64,000 bases of DNA from Hemiscyllium ocellatum (Eukaryota). Below are positions 62,204-64,000 of the stretch, piece after piece. The stretch covers positions 2,356,001 to 2,420,000 of the forward strand of contig NC_083445.1 of the NCBI RefSeq assembly GCF_020745735.1, read 5' to 3'. The translations under genes were made by a program, and so were the position numbers. The notes under the pieces were generated by a model. That model worked only from the letters and a program-made list of their open reading frames with translations, was not told the origin of the DNA and made no database searches. Numbering within the stretch: the first letter of the stretch is position 1; every line of letters begins with the position of its first letter.

Positions 62204-62318
62204 CTATTCTTGATGAAAAGCTTATGCCTGAAACGTCGAGTCTCCTGCAGCTCGGATGCTGCCTGACCTGCTGTGCTTTTCCAGCGCCACATGTTTTGAC
62301 TCTGATTTCCAGTTTCTC
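62204..62318 (+). mobile_element. Degenerate family A terminal repeat; 12-bp TSD
   Basis: CCATAT(A/G)GAGAG at 62192-62203 and 62319-62330. Confidence 0.7.
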
Positions 62319-62704
62319 CCATATGGAGAGACTGGATAGCAATTGAGGAGGAACCCCCTAATGGTTCAGTTACTTGGGACTGCTGTAGTCAGCTGATATC
62401 AGCTCGCAGAACAGGCAGTTACATGCGGTTGGCCCTGGTGTGAATAATTAAAAATCTGACCATAACTCCAGAACCCATTGAGACATTAAAAACTAGATAC
62501 TTTAATTCTGAATGTGATTTCAAAAGAAATGGATAAGGAGCGGGGGAGTAAGATTGTTAACAAAATGGTGTAGTAAGCTGATAGGGCACCCAGTCTGATG
62601 TGTGTAGAGTACTGAATGGATCTCGTAGAGCCAGTCTCAGAGTCCTCGATGGTAGTTTCGAAACACTGATATTCTTTTCCCTAATATTTCTTTTTCCATT
62701 GCAG

Positions 62705-62738
62705 CAGACGTTGAAGTTTGGCGGCTGTCACCAGAAAG
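62705..62738 (+). CDS. CCDC159: CCDC159-like 34-nt exon QTLKFGGCHQK(D)
   Basis: NAGNAG acceptor ttgcagcag, |gtgggg donor, phase 0/1. Confidence 0.55.
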
Positions 62739-62862
62739 GTGGGGACAGATACATATTGCTGTTCAATCAAACCTGCTGTCCACCAGCACGAGTGCTTATC
62801 TTGATTTCTAAGAATGACACCATTTGACCAGCAGATCTGATTGTACCTTGCTTGTGTTGCAG

Positions 62863-62981
62863 ACCCCCCGTTTAATAAGGTGCGGAATTTCACTGACAAC
62901 CATTTGCGATCTCCACCTGGCAGTAAGAACCTGATGGATGAGCTCGAGGTCATCAAGTTCCACATTGAAGTCCAAACCAGA
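62863..62981 (+). CDS. CCDC159: CCDC159-like exon ...SKNLMDELEVIKFHIEVQTR
   Basis: gttgcag| and |gtaagg; resembles recalled human LLRCELESLKSQLQAQTK; head-to-head with TMEM205 as in human. Confidence 0.68.
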
Positions 62982-63919
62982 GTAAGGCTCAGGCGAAAGT
63001 GGACTTTATTCTTGTAACTCTGCAAGTTATTTCTTTCTCTTGTACTGTTGCCCGTGTGTGACATAGCCTATGTAACACACCGTGACCCTCCAAATCAAGT
63101 GCTCTAAATGATTAGGCACCTGCTGTTTGTGGTCTAGTATTTTTTATAAAGCGCCTTTCTATCATCATGATATCCTCTATAACACACTCCTTGTATCTGA
63201 TTGTACCCCTTCCAGGGATAACATTCCTGTCTCTGAACAGGGAGGTTACAAGTTCAAGTCTCACTCTAGATTCCTGCTGAATATTGACAGTATCTAGTCC
63301 ATGAACAGTGAACATCCAACACCATACCCACAATGCGACAATGCTGCTCCTTTAACAAGGTTATGTTGTCCTTGTTTTTTTCTCCGAAGAGATGTAAAAG
63401 GCAGAGGTGCTCACATGGCTGCCAGACACTGCCTGAGTCAACAACCAGTTAAAAAACCTTTAGGTTTTTTAAAACAATTGTGAAACGAAAGGGGAGCGGC
63501 CAGTTCTCCCAGTTCCGGGAGGTTTCTAGTTTGGTTTTAGTTGTAACACTTAGAGAGTGCTGGGGACAGAGAAGCAGCTACCTGCTTCAGGAAATGATAC
63601 CTGGATTATCCTCTCTCTCTAATGTCTCCCATGTAAGAACCTGGGTTTGAGTTCACCTTTCTTTTTGCCAAGAAGTATGTTTATGGGAATGTTGCAGGAA
63701 ATTGGAATAGTTCTTCAGTAAGTTGCAATAGAGTCAGTCAGGTTTGCAGATAAGTTGTTACCCTAAATTCTGTTCTCCTTTGTTCGTGTTCCATACGTAG
63801 TATTTACATAAATTCTGTTCTGTTTAAAACTAAGTGGTTGGACCAGCTACATCCTTCCTGGAATATCCTGGAATATTGGAAGGAGACGTTGTTGAGGGTG
63901 AGGCCCACTTCCTTCAAAC

Positions 63920-64000
63920 CCTTCACCCTCAACAATTTTTCCTTCCAATCCTCCCACTTCCTCCAAGCCAAAGGGGTAGCCATGGGCACACACATAGGAT
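63920..64000 (+). mobile_element. Penelope-like RT fragment (runs off the window)
   Basis: TLNNFSFQSSHFLQAKGVAMGTHIG matches the PLE RT Q-x-x-G-x-A-M-G motif. Confidence 0.75.

Noticed and set aside
63360-63870. Possible solo LTR
   Set aside because: General appearance only; no second LTR, PBS/PPT or TSD identifiable.

Overview
Vertebrate genomic DNA, most likely a cartilaginous fish (carpet/bamboo-shark-like), inferred from HE1/V-SINEs, HER1/CR1 LINEs and abundant Penelope-like elements (PLEs). Four spliced genes can be rebuilt by hand from GT-AG exons with consistent phases. (1) The 3' six exons of a DENND1C-like gene (+, stop 11799). (2) CRB3 (-, about 102 aa, ending ERLI; first coding exon tentative). 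(3) TMEM205 (-, 188 aa, complete). (4) The first exons of a CCDC159-like gene (+), head-to-head with TMEM205 across a CpG-rich bidirectional promoter at about 53.1-53.4 kb. Gene names come from recalled similarity to human proteins, not a database search. The rest is retroelements, minisatellites and a 689-N gap. The most striking unexplained structure is a dense set of short PLE-derived insertions carrying minimal type I hammerhead ribozyme (HHR) cores (CUGANGA...GAAA-NNUH) in three sequence families. Many are inverted palindromic dimers with 12-15 bp target-site duplications (TSDs). One about 310-bp palindrome occurs twice with the same junction, and one intact sense-strand HHR lies in the probable DENND1C 3'UTR. 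Most long ORFs in the supplied track are repeat artefacts.
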